Translations under genes and position numbers: made by a program
Assembly (NCBI RefSeq): GCF_004010195.1
Contig: NC_057719.1
Location: 19,276,684 to 19,328,255, forward strand
From: Chiloscyllium plagiosum
Lineage: Eukaryota
Length of the DNA stretch: 51,572 nucleotides
Reading direction: 5' to 3'
The notes under the pieces: generated by a model
The model's input: only the letters and a program-made list of their open reading frames with translations
Databases searched by the model: none
What the model was told of the DNA's origin: nothing
Part shown: one piece after another, positions 1-11,593 of the stretch
Position numbering within the stretch: position 1 is the stretch's first letter
How the letters are laid out: the number at the start of each line of letters is the position of its first letter

Positions 1-1111
1 CTTCAAGAAGGCATTTAACAATCCTCGTGGTAGACTGGTTAGCAAGATTAGATGACATGGAATTCAGGGAGAACTAGTTATTTGATCACAGAACTGGCTT
101 GAAGGTAGAACACAGAAGGTAGTGGTGGAGGGTTGCTTTTCAGACTGGAGGCCTGTGACCAGCAGTGTGCTACAAGGATCAGTGCTGGGTCCACTGCTTT
201 TCGTCATTTGGATAAATGATTTGGATGCAAACATAGGAGGTATGGTGAATAGGTTTGCAGAGGACAACAAAATTGGAAGTGTAATGGATCAGATGGGCCA
301 ATGGGCTGAAGAGTGAAGATGGAGTTTATAAATATGAAGTGCTGCATTTTGGGAAAGCAAATCTTAGCAGGACTTATACACTAAATGATAAGGTCTTAGG
401 GAGTGTTGCTGAACAAAGACCTTGGAGTGCAGGTTCTTAGCTCCTTGAAAGTGGAGTCGCAAGTAGATAGGATAGTGAAGACGGCGTTTGATATGATTTT
501 CTTTATTGGTCAGAGCACTGAGTATCGGAGTTGGGAAGTCATGTTGTGACTGTACAGGACGTTGGTTAGACTGTTTTTGGAATATTGCGTGCAATTCTGT
601 CTCCTTCTTATCGGATTAATGTTGCGAAACTTGAAAGGGCTCAGAAAATATTTACAAGTATGTTGCCAGGGTTGGAGGATTTGAGCTATACGGAGAGGCT
701 GAATAGGCTGGGGCTGTTTTCCCTGGGGTGTTGAAAGCTGAGGGGTGACCTCAGAGGTTTATAAAATGTGAGGGGCATGGATAGGATAAATATATAAAGT
801 CACTTCCTTGAGGTAGAGGAGTCCAGAACTAGAGGGAATAGCTTTAGGGTGAGAGGGGAAAGTTTTAAAAGAGACCTAAGGTGCAACTCAGAGGGTGGTA
901 CTTGTATGGAATGAGCTGCCAGAGAAAGTGGTGGAGGCTGGTACAATTGCAACATTTAAAAGACATCTGGATGAGTATATGAATCGGAACAGTTTGGAGG
1001 GATATGGACCAAGTGCTGACAAACGGGACTAGATTAGATGGGATATCTGGTTGGCATGGAAGAGTTGGACCGAATGGTCTGTTTCCGTGCTGTACATCTC
1101 TATGACTCTAT
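1..1111 (+). mobile_element. CR1-clade LINE, decayed 3' part (RT C-terminus and 3' UTR)
   Basis: QGSVLGPLLF and FAED(D) RT motifs; (ctctatga)n tail at about 1098-1111. Confidence 0.93.
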
Positions 1112-1112
1112 T

Positions 1113-1918
1113 ACAGTGAAGAAGGTTACAAGTCAGAGTAGAATGGGATCTTGATCAAATGGGCCAATTGGCTGAGGAACGCCAGATGGAGTTTAAGTTA
1201 GAAAAATGAGGTGTGATGTTTTGGAAAGGCAAATCAGGCAGGACATATACATTTGATGCTAGGATCCTGGGGAGTGTTGCCAGACAAAGACCTTGGAGTG
1301 CAGGTTCATAGTTCCTTTAAAATGGAGTGTTAGGTAGACAGGATTGCAAAAGTAGCTTTTGATATGCTCGTTAGTGAATTGAGTATAGGTGTTGAGAGGT
1401 CATGTTGCGGCAGTATAGGACATTGGTTTGGATACTTTTGTGATGTGTTTAGTTCTAGTGTCCCTACTAAAGGATGTTGTGAAACTCAAAGGGTTCAAAG
1501 AAGATTTACAAGGATGATTCCTGGGTTGGAGGGTTTCAGCCAACGGGAGAAGCTGAATAGGCTGGTTGATTTATCCTGGAGTGTCAGAGGATGAGGAGTG
1601 ACACTACAGAAGTTTATACAATCATAAGGAGCATGGATAGGGTAAATAGACAAGATCTTTTCCCTGGAGCAGGCAAGTCCAAAACTAGAGTACATTGATT
1701 TAAGGAGAGTGGGGTAAGATATAAAAATGGACCCAAAAAGCAACTTGTTCACACAGAGTGTGATGCATGTATGCAATGAGCTGCCAGAAATAGTAGAGGT
1801 GGCTGGTACAATCACAACTTATAAAAAGCAGCAGGATTGGCATATGAATTGGAAGAGTTTAGAGGAAAATGGGCCAAAACCTGGTGAGTAGGACAAGATT
1901 AATTTATGATATCTAGTC
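1113..1918 (+). mobile_element. CR1 LINE fragment, more diverged
   Basis: Colinear with the preceding copy (RVQRRFTRMIPGLEG). Confidence 0.88.
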
Positions 1919-1924
1919 AGAGCA

Positions 1925-2100
1925 GGATGGGGGGAGGGGGTGCATGGACAGGTGGGGTGTGGGGTTGTGGGGGCGGGAATGTCTGTGGGGTGGGTGGGGA
2001 AATGTGTGTGGCTCAGGGGGAGGGAGTGAGGTCCAATGGGATGGGGTTAATGTGGGGGGGAGGGATGGGTTAATACGGATGCCGCTCGAGCAGGGATGGG
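1925..2100 (+). repeat. G-rich low-complexity tract with G-quadruplex potential
   Basis: Many G3-G7 runs with short spacers, e.g. ggtggggtgtggggttgtgggggcggg. Confidence 0.7.
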
Positions 2101-2460
2101 AAGATGAACGCGGAGCGAGCACCGTGAGCTGGCGGCCAGTTTACTGTAAGCCTTCCCTTTGCCCTCTCCCCTGTGCCGGTTCTGAACTCTCCATCAGCCT
2201 CACCCATGTCACACTCACCGCCGCTGCTGCTGATGAAGATCTTTCCTCAATAGCCTGCACTGTCTGTCTCTTTCTCCGAAATTGGCGCACAAACTGTAAA
2301 CTTCCCGGCCCCCCGCGCCAGTTCACACCAACGACCCTTCTCATTGGTCAGCGCCTGCTCTGAGTAAAGAGACATCCCATTGGACAGAAAGGGTCCGCGC
2401 CTTCTGCCCAATTCGCGGTGAGAAGGTGTGGGGGCGGGAGGCGGGGCCATGACCTGTCAA
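2080..2460. promoter_or_regulatory. CpG-rich promoter, probably bidirectional
   Basis: The only non-repeat CpG-dense segment. CCAAT boxes (ATTGG 2281, 2343, 2379; CCAAT 2408), GC boxes (2431-2446), E2F-like TTGGCGC 2282-2288, and ETS-like GGAAGT on the minus strand 2300-2305. Confidence 0.7.
2219..2310 (-). other. Putative non-coding first exon of an unidentified divergent gene (5' end approximate)
   Basis: Consensus donor GCG|GTGAGT on the minus strand (actcac at 2213-2218), just downstream of minus-oriented CCAAT boxes. No ATG in the segment. Confidence 0.5.
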
Positions 2461-2986
2461 TAAACTCTACAACAACAACTTAATACTCGCCAACTCCTTC
2501 TGAAGAGTCCCACTTCATCCCCAAAGCGGACCTGACTTTCAGAAATATTTTACTTTAATGCCAAATTTAGAATGAGATATCTTATAATATACCAAAGAAA
2601 GATTTTAAAATCATTTTTAATATTACATTATATCCATGTTCTCTTATTCTGTGTTCATTGTTTAAGATAGCTCACTTGCAATGTAGGGCAGTTCCAACTT
2701 TGACAATTAGGCCCTTAAAGTTTAGTTAACTTATAATGTCATATTTTCTAGTTTAACAAGTTTCATTTTTGTAACCTCAATCTTGGATAATGCCATTTGT
2801 ACATTTTTGGATGAATATATTTGAACAAACTACAATTGACAAGAAGGTGTTATTAGCATTTTTAACACTGAGACCACAAAACCAGATGAGAAGGATCCCA
2901 GGTTGCTGTGGAAGATGATGGAGAAGATTGCAAGGATCCTCAAATTAAATCATCTCTAGATGCAGAAACTGTGCCAAAGGACTGTT

Positions 2987-3079
2987 GTCGAAAGTGTGGT
3001 GCTGCAAAAGCACAGCAGGTCAGACAGCGTCCAAGGAGCAGGAGAATCGACGTTTTGGACATAAGCCCTTCCTCAGGAA
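2987..3079 (-). mobile_element. Penelope-like element terminal fragment with decayed hammerhead motif
   Basis: Reverse complement of the 34960-35055 terminus. Confidence 0.85.
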
Positions 3080-3318
3080 AAGACTGATGGATGGATAATG
3101 TGAACCCATAACGTGGTAGGGATAAACCAGGGAAATATAGGCCAGTGGTCTAACGTCTGTGGTGCAGGAACTGTTGGAGAAGATTCAGAGGGACAGATTA
3201 ATCCCCACTTGAAGAGACAAGGATTAAACAAGGATGGGATGGGTTTGTCAAGAGATGATCATGCTGAACAGGTTTGATTTGAGTTTTTTGAAAAGGTGAC
3301 TAGATGTGTGGATGAGGG

Positions 3319-5092
3319 TTTTTTAATTCATTCACAGGATGTGAACATCTCTGGCTGGGCCAGCATTCATTGCCCATTCCTAATTGCCCAGAGGGGAGTG
3401 AAAAGTCAACCACATTGCAGTGACTCTGGAGTCATGTGTAGTCCAGACCAGGTAAGGATGGCAGATTTCCTTCCCTAAAGGACATTAGTGTATGTGATGG
3501 GTTCTTCCTGACGATCAATAATGATTTCATTGTCATCATCAGACTATTATTTCCAAATTATTATTGAATTCAAATCCTAACGTCTGCCATGATGTGATTT
3601 GAATCAGGTTCCAGAATGTTACCTGGTTCTCTAGATTAGTAGTCTAACAATAATAGTGGTGCCACTGTTTAACAAGGTGGTAAGGACAAGCCAGGGAACT
3701 ATAGAACAGTGACCTGACGTCAGTTGTTGGAGGGAATCCTGAGGGACCGGATGTACATGTATTTGGAAAGGCAAGGACTGATTAGGGATAGTCAACATGG
3801 CTTTGTGTGTGGGAAACCATGTCTCACAAACTTGATTGAGTTTTTTGAAGAAGTAACAAAAACGATTGATGAGGACAGAGTGGTGGACATGATCTATATG
3901 GACTTCAGGATGGAGTTAGCAAGGTTTAACATGGGAGACTGGTTAGCAAGGTTAGATCTCCACAGAATACAGGGAAAACTAGCCATTTGGATACAGAACT
4001 GGCTCAAAGGTAGAAGATAGAGGGTGGTGATGGAGGGTTGATTTTCAGACTGGAGGCCTGTGACCAGTGGAGTGCCACAAGGATCGGTGCTGGGTCCACT
4101 ATTTTTCGTCATTTATATAAATGATTTGGATGCGAGCATAAGAGGTATAGTTAGTAAGTTTGGTGATGACACCAAAATTGGAGGTGTATTGGATAGCAAA
4201 GAAGATTACCTCAGATTACAATGGAATCTTGATCAGATGGGCCAATGGGCTGAGAAGTGGCAAATGAAGTTTAATTTAGGTAAATGCAAAGTGCTGCATT
4301 TTGGGAAATCAAATCTTAGCAGGACTGATACACTTAATGGTAAGGTCCTTGGGAGTGTTGCTGAACAAAGAGACCTTAGAATGCAGATTCATAGCTCCTT
4401 GAAAGTGGAGTCACAGATAAATAGGATAGTGAAGAGGGAGTTTAGTATGCTTTCCTTTATTGGTCAGAGTATTGAGTACAGGAGTTGGGAGGTCATGTTG
4501 CGGATGTTTAGGATGTTGGTTAGGCCTCTTTTGGAATATTGTGAGCAATTTTGGTCTCCTTACCAGAAGGATGTTGTGAAACCTGAAAGAGTTTAGAAAT
4601 GATTTATCAGGATATTGCCAGGGTTGGAGGATTTGAGCTAAAGGGAGAGGCTGAACAGGCTGGGGCTATTTTGCCTGGATTGTCAGAGGCTGAGGGGTGA
4701 TCGTATAGAGGTGTATAAAGTCATGAGGGGCAGGGATAGGATAAGTGGAAAAGTCTCTTCCCTGGGAAGCGGGAGTCCAGAACTAGAGGGCATAGGTTTA
4801 GGGTGAGAGGGAAAAGATATAAAAGAGACCGAAGGGAGAACTTTTTCATTCAGAGTACGTGTATAGAATGAGCTGCCAGAGGAAGTGGTGGAGGCTGGTA
4901 CAATTGCAACATTTAAAAGGCATCTGGATGGGTTTATGAATAGGGAGGGTTTAGAGGGATATGGGCCAGGTGCTGGCAGGTGGGACTAGATTGGGTTGGG
5001 ATATCTGGTCGGCATGGACGAGTTGGACCAAAGGGTCTGTTTCCATGCTGTACATCTCTATGACTCTTATACCACTAGGCCATCAGCTACTC
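3319..5092 (-). mobile_element. Shark tRNA-derived SINE split by a CR1 (3319-3654 and 5069-5092)
   Basis: Tail ggccagcattcattgccc... is shared with copies at 19385 and 49900; head ...aataata|ccactaggccatc rejoins across the CR1. Confidence 0.7.
3655..5068 (+). mobile_element. Younger 5'-truncated CR1 LINE (RT domain)
   Basis: ORFs 3724-4020 (QHGF...CLTNL...YMDF) and 4060-4596 (GVPQGSVLGP, FGDD); ctctatgactct tail. Confidence 0.95.
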
Positions 5093-5969
5093 TAATGAAG
5101 TACAGTGGATACAGTCTACATGGACTTCCGTAAGGCTTTTGGCAAGGTCTGACAAGAAGATGGGATCCAGTGACATTCAGCAAATTGGATTCAAAATTGG
5201 CTTAATGGCAGGTGGTGTAGTGTGATAGCCTTTGTGACTGGAAGTTTGTATTGAATGGGGTACAATAGGGGTTTACTCCAGGTTCCTTGCAGTTTATAGT
5301 GTACATTAAGGATCTGGACATGAATATAGTAGGTTTAATCAGTAAGTGCACCGATGACATGGGAATTGATGGTCTGCTCAACAGAAAGGAGGAAAGCTTT
5401 AGACTACAGAATGGTATATGTGGGCTGACAGAACAAAGGCAAATGGAATTTCATCCTGAACAGTATGAGGTGATGCATTTGGGAGGACTAACAAGACAAG
5501 GGAGTACATGATGAATGGTATGGCCCTAGGAAGTACATGTGATCAGAAAAACTTTCGTGAGCACATCCAAAGATCCTTGAAGGCCACAGGACAGTTCGAT
5601 TAGGTAGTTAAGAAAGCATATGGGATACTGCAATTATTAGTTGAGGTATTGAACATAAGAGCAAGCTTATACAGGATGTTACTTAGGCCACACATGGAGT
5701 AAGGTGTGCAGTTCAGTTCACAGTATAGGAGAGACATGTGATTGCATTAGAGCGGATGTAGAGGAGATTCACCAAGATGTTGCCCAGGGTTGGAATTTTT
5801 CAGCCATGGAGACAGAATAGTTAGCTGTTTTGTTTTTCTAAGAGCAGAGAAGGCAGAAGGGTGAACCTGACAGAGGTATACAAAAATTATGGAGTGAGAT
5901 TGAGAAGGTATTCAGGAAAAGAAAATTCTCTTTAGTAGAGTGATCAATGACAAGGGGACATAGATTTAA

Positions 5970-6100
5970 AGAACAAAAACAGAAATTGCTGGAAAAAGCT
6001 TAGAAGATCTGGCAGCATCTGTAAAGAGAAATCAGAGTTAACATTTTGGGTCAAGTTTCTTTTTCCTTTTCTGATTTACAACATCCGCAGTTCTTTAGGC
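5970..6100. mobile_element. Penelope-like terminal fragments (family 3), inverted plus direct pieces
   Basis: aaaacagaaattgctggaaaaagct...tctggcagcatctg...agagttaac is shared with 22150-22625, 32060-32190 and 44270-44390. Confidence 0.6.
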
Positions 6101-7189
6101 TTTGACATTGTTTTGAAGTGTGTGTTTTGAGGAGATTAAGGAAATGTTTTAATCCTAAGCATCGTGTGAATCTGGAATTCACTGCATGAAAAGATAGTAA
6201 AGGTGGCAGCCATCACAACATTCAGTAAGTGTGTAGGAGTTTGATCTCTGGCATAGAAACAGTGAACTGAATGGCCTATTTTCACATTGTAAAACACAGA
6301 CTTGTGCCTTAGTAAAGGTGTGTTCATACCAACAATTTGAGATATGGGTAAATGAATGAGACCATGGATTAAATGTAAAATCTGCATTTATCCCCAGTGT
6401 CCCATGGCAGACTCTTGCAGAGCCCATGAAGGCAAAAAGATCAAATTACCCTACTCTACATTATCATTTCCTCTTGGCATTTTAATTCAAAGACCATGTT
6501 TCCTCTCAATGATTTTCCCTAGCGTTTGAAGTAAAAGTTTTAGAAAATATGAAATTATCGATGAAACATTTTTAACTGAAGTGTATAATGGAATACCCAT
6601 AGGTGTCATCATCTAGTTAACTGCTAGTTCTGAGACCAGCCCTGTCTTTTCAGTCTAGCTGTTTGGTCATGTAACCAATTACTGCAGACCATGGACAGAT
6701 TAGAGAAGTAGATCAGGTATTGCTGATATTCATCTGGGGGGAGGAAAATAAGGAAGGAAATTTTCTAATCTTGGATCATACAGAGTGGTAAGTAGCTTTG
6801 ATCTATTTTCGATCAAATATTGTATCTTTAATATATTCCTTACATTATATTTATTGGCAAAGAGATGTATTTGGTATAATTTCATGCAACTTATGCACAT
6901 TTGGATAACTCTGGATATGTCAGCAATATTTTTATAATCTCAAACATTCAGGAAAGCAAACATGATTATGAGGTATGAAGCATATAAAACTGTAATTAAA
7001 TATTTACTTCATGGAAGAAAAATAATTTGCGCCAGCAATTTATGAGAAAGCCAAAGTGAATATGAAAATCTCTAGCTCTGTAGACAGGTTCATGTAGTTT
7101 CTTATTAAATTATTAAACTACAGTAAAAGATATCACATGAACAGTTCTGTGAAACTAGAGAACCTGTGACTGTGTTTTCACATCAGGTT

Positions 7190-7406
7190 ATGAGCAATGA
7201 GATGAGTGCAACAGAAAATGCCTACAAGGGAGAGCTGCAAACACCTGCACTCACTAACAATGCGGATGCCAAAGATATCTCTACTGTTCAACAGGACAAG
7301 AGTTTAAATAACGGATTGAAAGCTAAACAAACAAAACATGTCTGTTTCCCATCAGGAGGAAAGATTGTGTCTGGATCAGCAGAACCCTGGAATCCATGGG
7401 AAGCTG
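7190..7406 (+). CDS. PPP1R37-like: PPP1R37 (LRRC68)-like PP1 regulatory subunit, first visible coding exon (exon 7187-7406)
   Basis: Acceptor ttttcacatcag|G at 7186/7187, ATG at 7190, donor G|gtgagt at 7406/7407 (phase 1). Encodes MSNEMSATEN...KHVCFPSGGKIVSGSAEPWNPWEA, matching recalled PPP1R37 KRVTFPSDEDIVSGAVEPKDPWRH. An upstream coding exon is not excluded because the frame is open from the acceptor. Confidence 0.85.
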
Positions 7407-8006
7407 GTGAGTACGGGACATTATTGCTTGAACATGTCCAACTAAAGTTAAACCTCCATATTATAACCCATCAAGAAATGCTAAGAGAATTCTAATCAGA
7501 CATTTTTTGTGAAAATGAAGATTTACATTTAGGTAGCATCTGTCATGACCACTCAGTATCTCAAAGTGCTTTAAAGCCACCAAAACACTTTTGAAGTATA
7601 GTCACTTGTGTAATATAGGAAACTACAACAAATTGCATTTATATACTGTCTTTAACACAGAGAAAGGTACTATAAAAGTGATGTATTTTCAAAAAGTGTT
7701 GGGAATACAGATCCTCCGCTTGGATGAAGATCGAGTTAACTATTGATACTAACTTGAATAATAATTGGCATGTAAAATTTATGCCATGGAAGCATCAGCC
7801 AGTGAATATCTCCAAAAGTGAAAATTTAGCCATCAGCCCTTGACATTCAATTGCACTCCCACCATAAAAGGTATTTGTATTATGATTGATCATAAACTGA
7901 ACTGGATCAGCATTATCAATATGGTGACGACAGGAACAGGTCAGAAGCTAGAAATGCAGAGGCATGTGCTCACCCCCTCTGCCCAAGCACTGTCCAAAAT
8001 CTTCAA

Positions 8007-8141
8007 GGGGAAAGTGAGGACTGCAGATGCTGGAGATCAGAGCTGAAAATGAGCCTGAAGAAGGGCTCATGCCCGGAACGTCGATTCTCCTGCTCCTTGG
8101 ATGCTGCCTGTCCTGCTGCGCTATTCTAGCAACACATTTTC
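8007..8141 (+). mobile_element. Penelope-like short insertion (inverted terminus plus direct hammerhead-containing segment) with 17-bp TSD
   Basis: agcactgtccaaaatct at 7986-8002 and 8142-8158; internal ctgaagaagggctcatgcccggaacgtc. Confidence 0.85.
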
Positions 8142-8554
8142 AGCACTGTCCAAAATCTACAAAGCACAAGTCAGGACCACATTGAAATACTCCTCACTTA
8201 CCTGGATGAGTGGTAACACCAACAACACTCAAGGAGCTTGATACTATCCATGACAAAGCATCCCACTTATCAACACCCTCTACATGAATTTAAACATTAC
8301 TCTTGGCACTATTGATACACAATGGAATTACATAATTGTAAGGTTTGGCTGAAAAAAGCTTTGTTAAAACATCCCTGTTCAATAAAGTTAGCTAAGAATT
8401 TTCTCTGTTATTAAGACTGAATTCAATAACCAGAGTTATAAAGTTATTGAAAATTGATCAAGATCACATCTATATAGAGAAGTGATTGCTTGGCCTCTGG
8501 CTGAGATATTTGTGTAATCGATAGTCACAGGTGAGGTGCCGGAAGACTGTCACA

Positions 8555-8935
8555 TTAAGGATGTGGATGTGACTGGCTAGGCCAGCATTGATTGCCCGTC
8601 CCGAGCTGTCCTGGACCGCCTTGAACAGCTGCAGGTACTCCAATGGTTCTGAAAGGATTTCCAGGATTTTAACCCAGCAATGAAGGAGCGGCTATAAAGT
8701 TTCAATCAGGATAGTGTAGGACTTGCAGGGAACTTGAAGATGGTGGTGTTCCCATGCATCCACTACCCTTGTGCTTCAAGATAGTAGAGGTCATGAGTTT
8801 GGAAGGCTTTGTCAGAGAAGCCAATACACATTGCTTCCACTGTGTGTCAGTGAAGAGGAGACCAAATGCTGAAGGTGGGATGGGCTGCCAATCAAACAGG
8901 CTGCTTTGGTCAAGAGAATGTTGACCTTCTTGAGT
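8555..8935 (-). mobile_element. LINE 3' fragment of the same family as 7790-10332, opposite strand
   Basis: Tail ggctaggccagcattgattgccc; gggaacttgaagatggtggtgttcccatgcatc matches the reverse complement of the 10140-10180 region. Confidence 0.65.
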
Positions 8936-9091
8936 ATCATTCGATCTGAATGAGTGCAACCTTTCTAATAAAGTAAATTAATTGGCAGCAGATATAAATA
9001 AATAGTTTGACCAAGTAAGCACCACAGAGACAAGACAGCAAGGTGACCAGGGCTGGGATCTGAACATTGAAAAGCATTTGATTTTTCGAAA

Positions 9092-9730
9092 GTTTGGTAT
9101 GCTTTCCTTTATTGGTCAGAGTATTGAGTACAGGAGTTGGGAGGTCATGTTGCGGCTGTACAGGACATTGCTTAGGCCAATGTTGGAATATTACATGCAA
9201 TTCTGGACTCCTTCCTATTGGAAAGATGTTGTGAAACTTGAAAGGGTTCAGAAAAGATTTACAAGGATGTTGCCAGGGTTGGAGGATTTGAGCTATAGGG
9301 AGAGGGCTTCACAGGCTGGGGCTGTTTTCCCTGGAGCGTTGGAGGCTGAGGGTTGACCTTATAGAGGTTTACAAAATTATGAGGGGCATGGATAGGATAA
9401 ATAGACAAAGTCTTTTCCCTGGGATCGGGGAGTCCAGAACTAGAGGGCATAGGTTTAGTGTGAGAGGGGAAAGATATAAAAGAGACCTAAGGGGCAACTT
9501 TTTCACGCAGAGGGTGGTATGTGTATGGAATGAGCTGCCAGAGATGTGGTTGAGGCTGGTACAATTGCAACATTTAAGAGGCATTTGGATGGGTATATGA
9601 ATAGGAACGGTTTAGTGAGATATGGGCCAAGTGCTCACAAACGGGACTAGATTAGATGGGATATCTGGTCGGCATGGACGAGTTAGACTGAAGAGTCTGT
9701 TTCCATGCTGTACACCTCTATGACTCTATA
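9092..9730 (+). mobile_element. CR1 LINE 3' fragment
   Basis: LEYYMQFW...ERVQKRFTRMLPGL; ctctatgactctat tail. Confidence 0.95.
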
Positions 9731-9836
9731 TGTGTGTACTACATATAATATGCATTGTAGATTTTCACAAAGGTGTTTCAACAGTACCTTCCAAACATGG
9801 ATGGCCTCTACCACCCAAAATGGTGAGTAGCAAATT

Positions 9837-10137
9837 TTAGATTACTTACAGTGTGGAAATAGGCCCTTCGGCCCAACAAGTCCACACTAATCCTCCAAAA
9901 AACAACTCACCCAGACCCATTCCCCTACATTTACTCCTTCACCTAACACTATGGGCAATTTAGCATGGCCAATTCACCTAACCTGCACATTTTTGGACTG
10001 TGGGAGGAAACTGGAGCAAATTCACGCAGACACAGGGAGAATGTGCAAACTACACACAGACCGTTGCCTGAGGTGGGAATTGAACCCGGGTCTCAGGTGC
10101 TGTGAGGCAGCAGTGCCACTGTGCCACCGTGCCACCC
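9837..10137 (-). mobile_element. HE1 SINE
   Basis: tRNA-like head (rc of gggtggcacggtggcacagtgg), V-domain core and HER1-type tail. Confidence 0.92.
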
Positions 10138-10830
10138 TTAGGTGGGGCGATCACCAATTGCAAGTTCACCTCAAAGCCCCATAACATCATGATGTTGAAC
10201 CATTTCACCATTCCTTCCCTCTCGCAGGATGAAAATCCTGGAATTCTCTTTCTGACAGCGTGGTAGGTGTGCCTACACCAGATGCGCTGCAACAGTTCAC
10301 AAAGGCAGCTCTCCACCTCTTGAAGGACAATTTCCGGAAGATATTTGATGAGATTCAGTATAAAAAGTTGCTGTGGAAAGTAGGAGCTCATAGGAGTAAC
10401 GTATGAGGACAAATAGAAGTTTGGCTGGCTGGCAGAAAACAGAGAACATGCATAAATGGGTCTCTTTTTTCTGTTTAGTATGTGAGCAGTACAGTTTCTC
10501 AGGAGTCTATGCTAGGCCTTCACTTTTTTACCGTTTATACCAATGATTTGGATGAAGAGACCTAAAACATGACAGTTTAATTTTCAGATGACAAAAAAGG
10601 AAGGAAAGTATATTGTGAAAAGGACACAAATAGGATGTACCCAGATGTAGACTGGTTGAGGGTGAAGGCAAAAGATGAAGTTTATGTGGGAAAATCTGAA
10701 GTTATTCACTTGGTAGAAAGAATAAAAAGGCACAGTATTATTTAAGCAGAGAATGACTGCAGAATCCTGAAGTGCAGAGGGATCTAGGAGTTGTACTACA
10801 TAAGCCACAAAATGTTAGTATATAAGTAAA

Positions 10831-10956
10831 CAGACACTTCATCTGACAAATGAGCATTGTGCCGAAAGCTTGTGATTTGAAATAAACCTGTTGGTCTATA
10901 ACCTGGTGTCATGTGATCTCTGACTTTGTCCATCCCAGTCCAACACAAGCACCTCA
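10831..10956 (+). mobile_element. Penelope-like terminal fragment (family 2) with 14-bp TSD
   Basis: agtatataagtaaa at 10817-10830 and 10957-10970; decayed ctgacaaa...ccgaaagctt motif followed by aataaacctgttgg. Confidence 0.75.
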
Positions 10957-11593
10957 AGTATATAAGTAAAATAAATAACTGAGTAACTTAATGGAATGCT
11001 ATCCTTCATCAAGAGAAAAATTGTATATAAAAGTAAGGATGTTATGTTTCAGTTAAAAGGCGTTGGCAGGATTACATATCAAATATTGTGTACAGTTTTG
11101 GTCTCCTTATTTAAGGAAAAATGTAAATGTGTTCGAGACAGTTCAGAGGAAGGTCTTCTAGGTTGATACCTGGAATGAATGGGTTGCCTTATGAATAAGG
11201 GTTGGACAGACTGGTTTTGTTTCATCGGAGTTTCGAAGAGTGAGGAGTGACTTGATTAAAGTAACTAAGATCCGGAATGGTTGATGTGAAAGAGTAGGTT
11301 AATGTGACATAAGGTTTTCTCTTGTGGATGAGTCCAGAACTAGAGGTCATCCTTTTTGGTCAGAGATGACGACTTTTTTTTCTCTTTGAGGGTTATGCAA
11401 CTTCACAAGTCTTTGCCTCAGAAGGTGTTGGAGGTAAATCAAATGATATTTTTAAGACAACTAAATAGATTCTTGTTAAGCCAAGGAATAAAGTTGTGAG
11501 GATTGGAGAATTGGGTTTTTTATTTAAAGTTAGAACAATAGAAGCAGCATGAAAGGCTGGAGTCAGGCTCCCACAAAGCCAGTAGCTTTAAAA

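Larger units (their letters stand above)
2880..5970 (+). mobile_element. Old CR1 LINE split by later insertions (pieces about 2880-2985, 3080-3318, 5095-5970)
   Basis: RT sequence resumes colinearly after the inserts (...gtggatgagggt | ...gtggatacagtctacatggacttc). Confidence 0.8.
7790..10332 (+). mobile_element. Old LINE (L2/CR1 group) fragmented into about 7790-8320, 9731-9835 and 10140-10332
   Basis: RT C-terminal-like IYKAQVR...EYSSLTWM; the 3' UTR continues colinearly across the inserts. Confidence 0.65.

Noticed and set aside
1944..2450. ORFs across the G-rich and CpG region
   Set aside because: These are low-complexity, GC-driven open frames with no recognisable protein similarity.
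7407..7495. C-terminal part of ORF 7166-7495 (EYGTLL...)
   Set aside because: It is read-through past the GTGAGT donor; homology continues in the 27055 exon instead.
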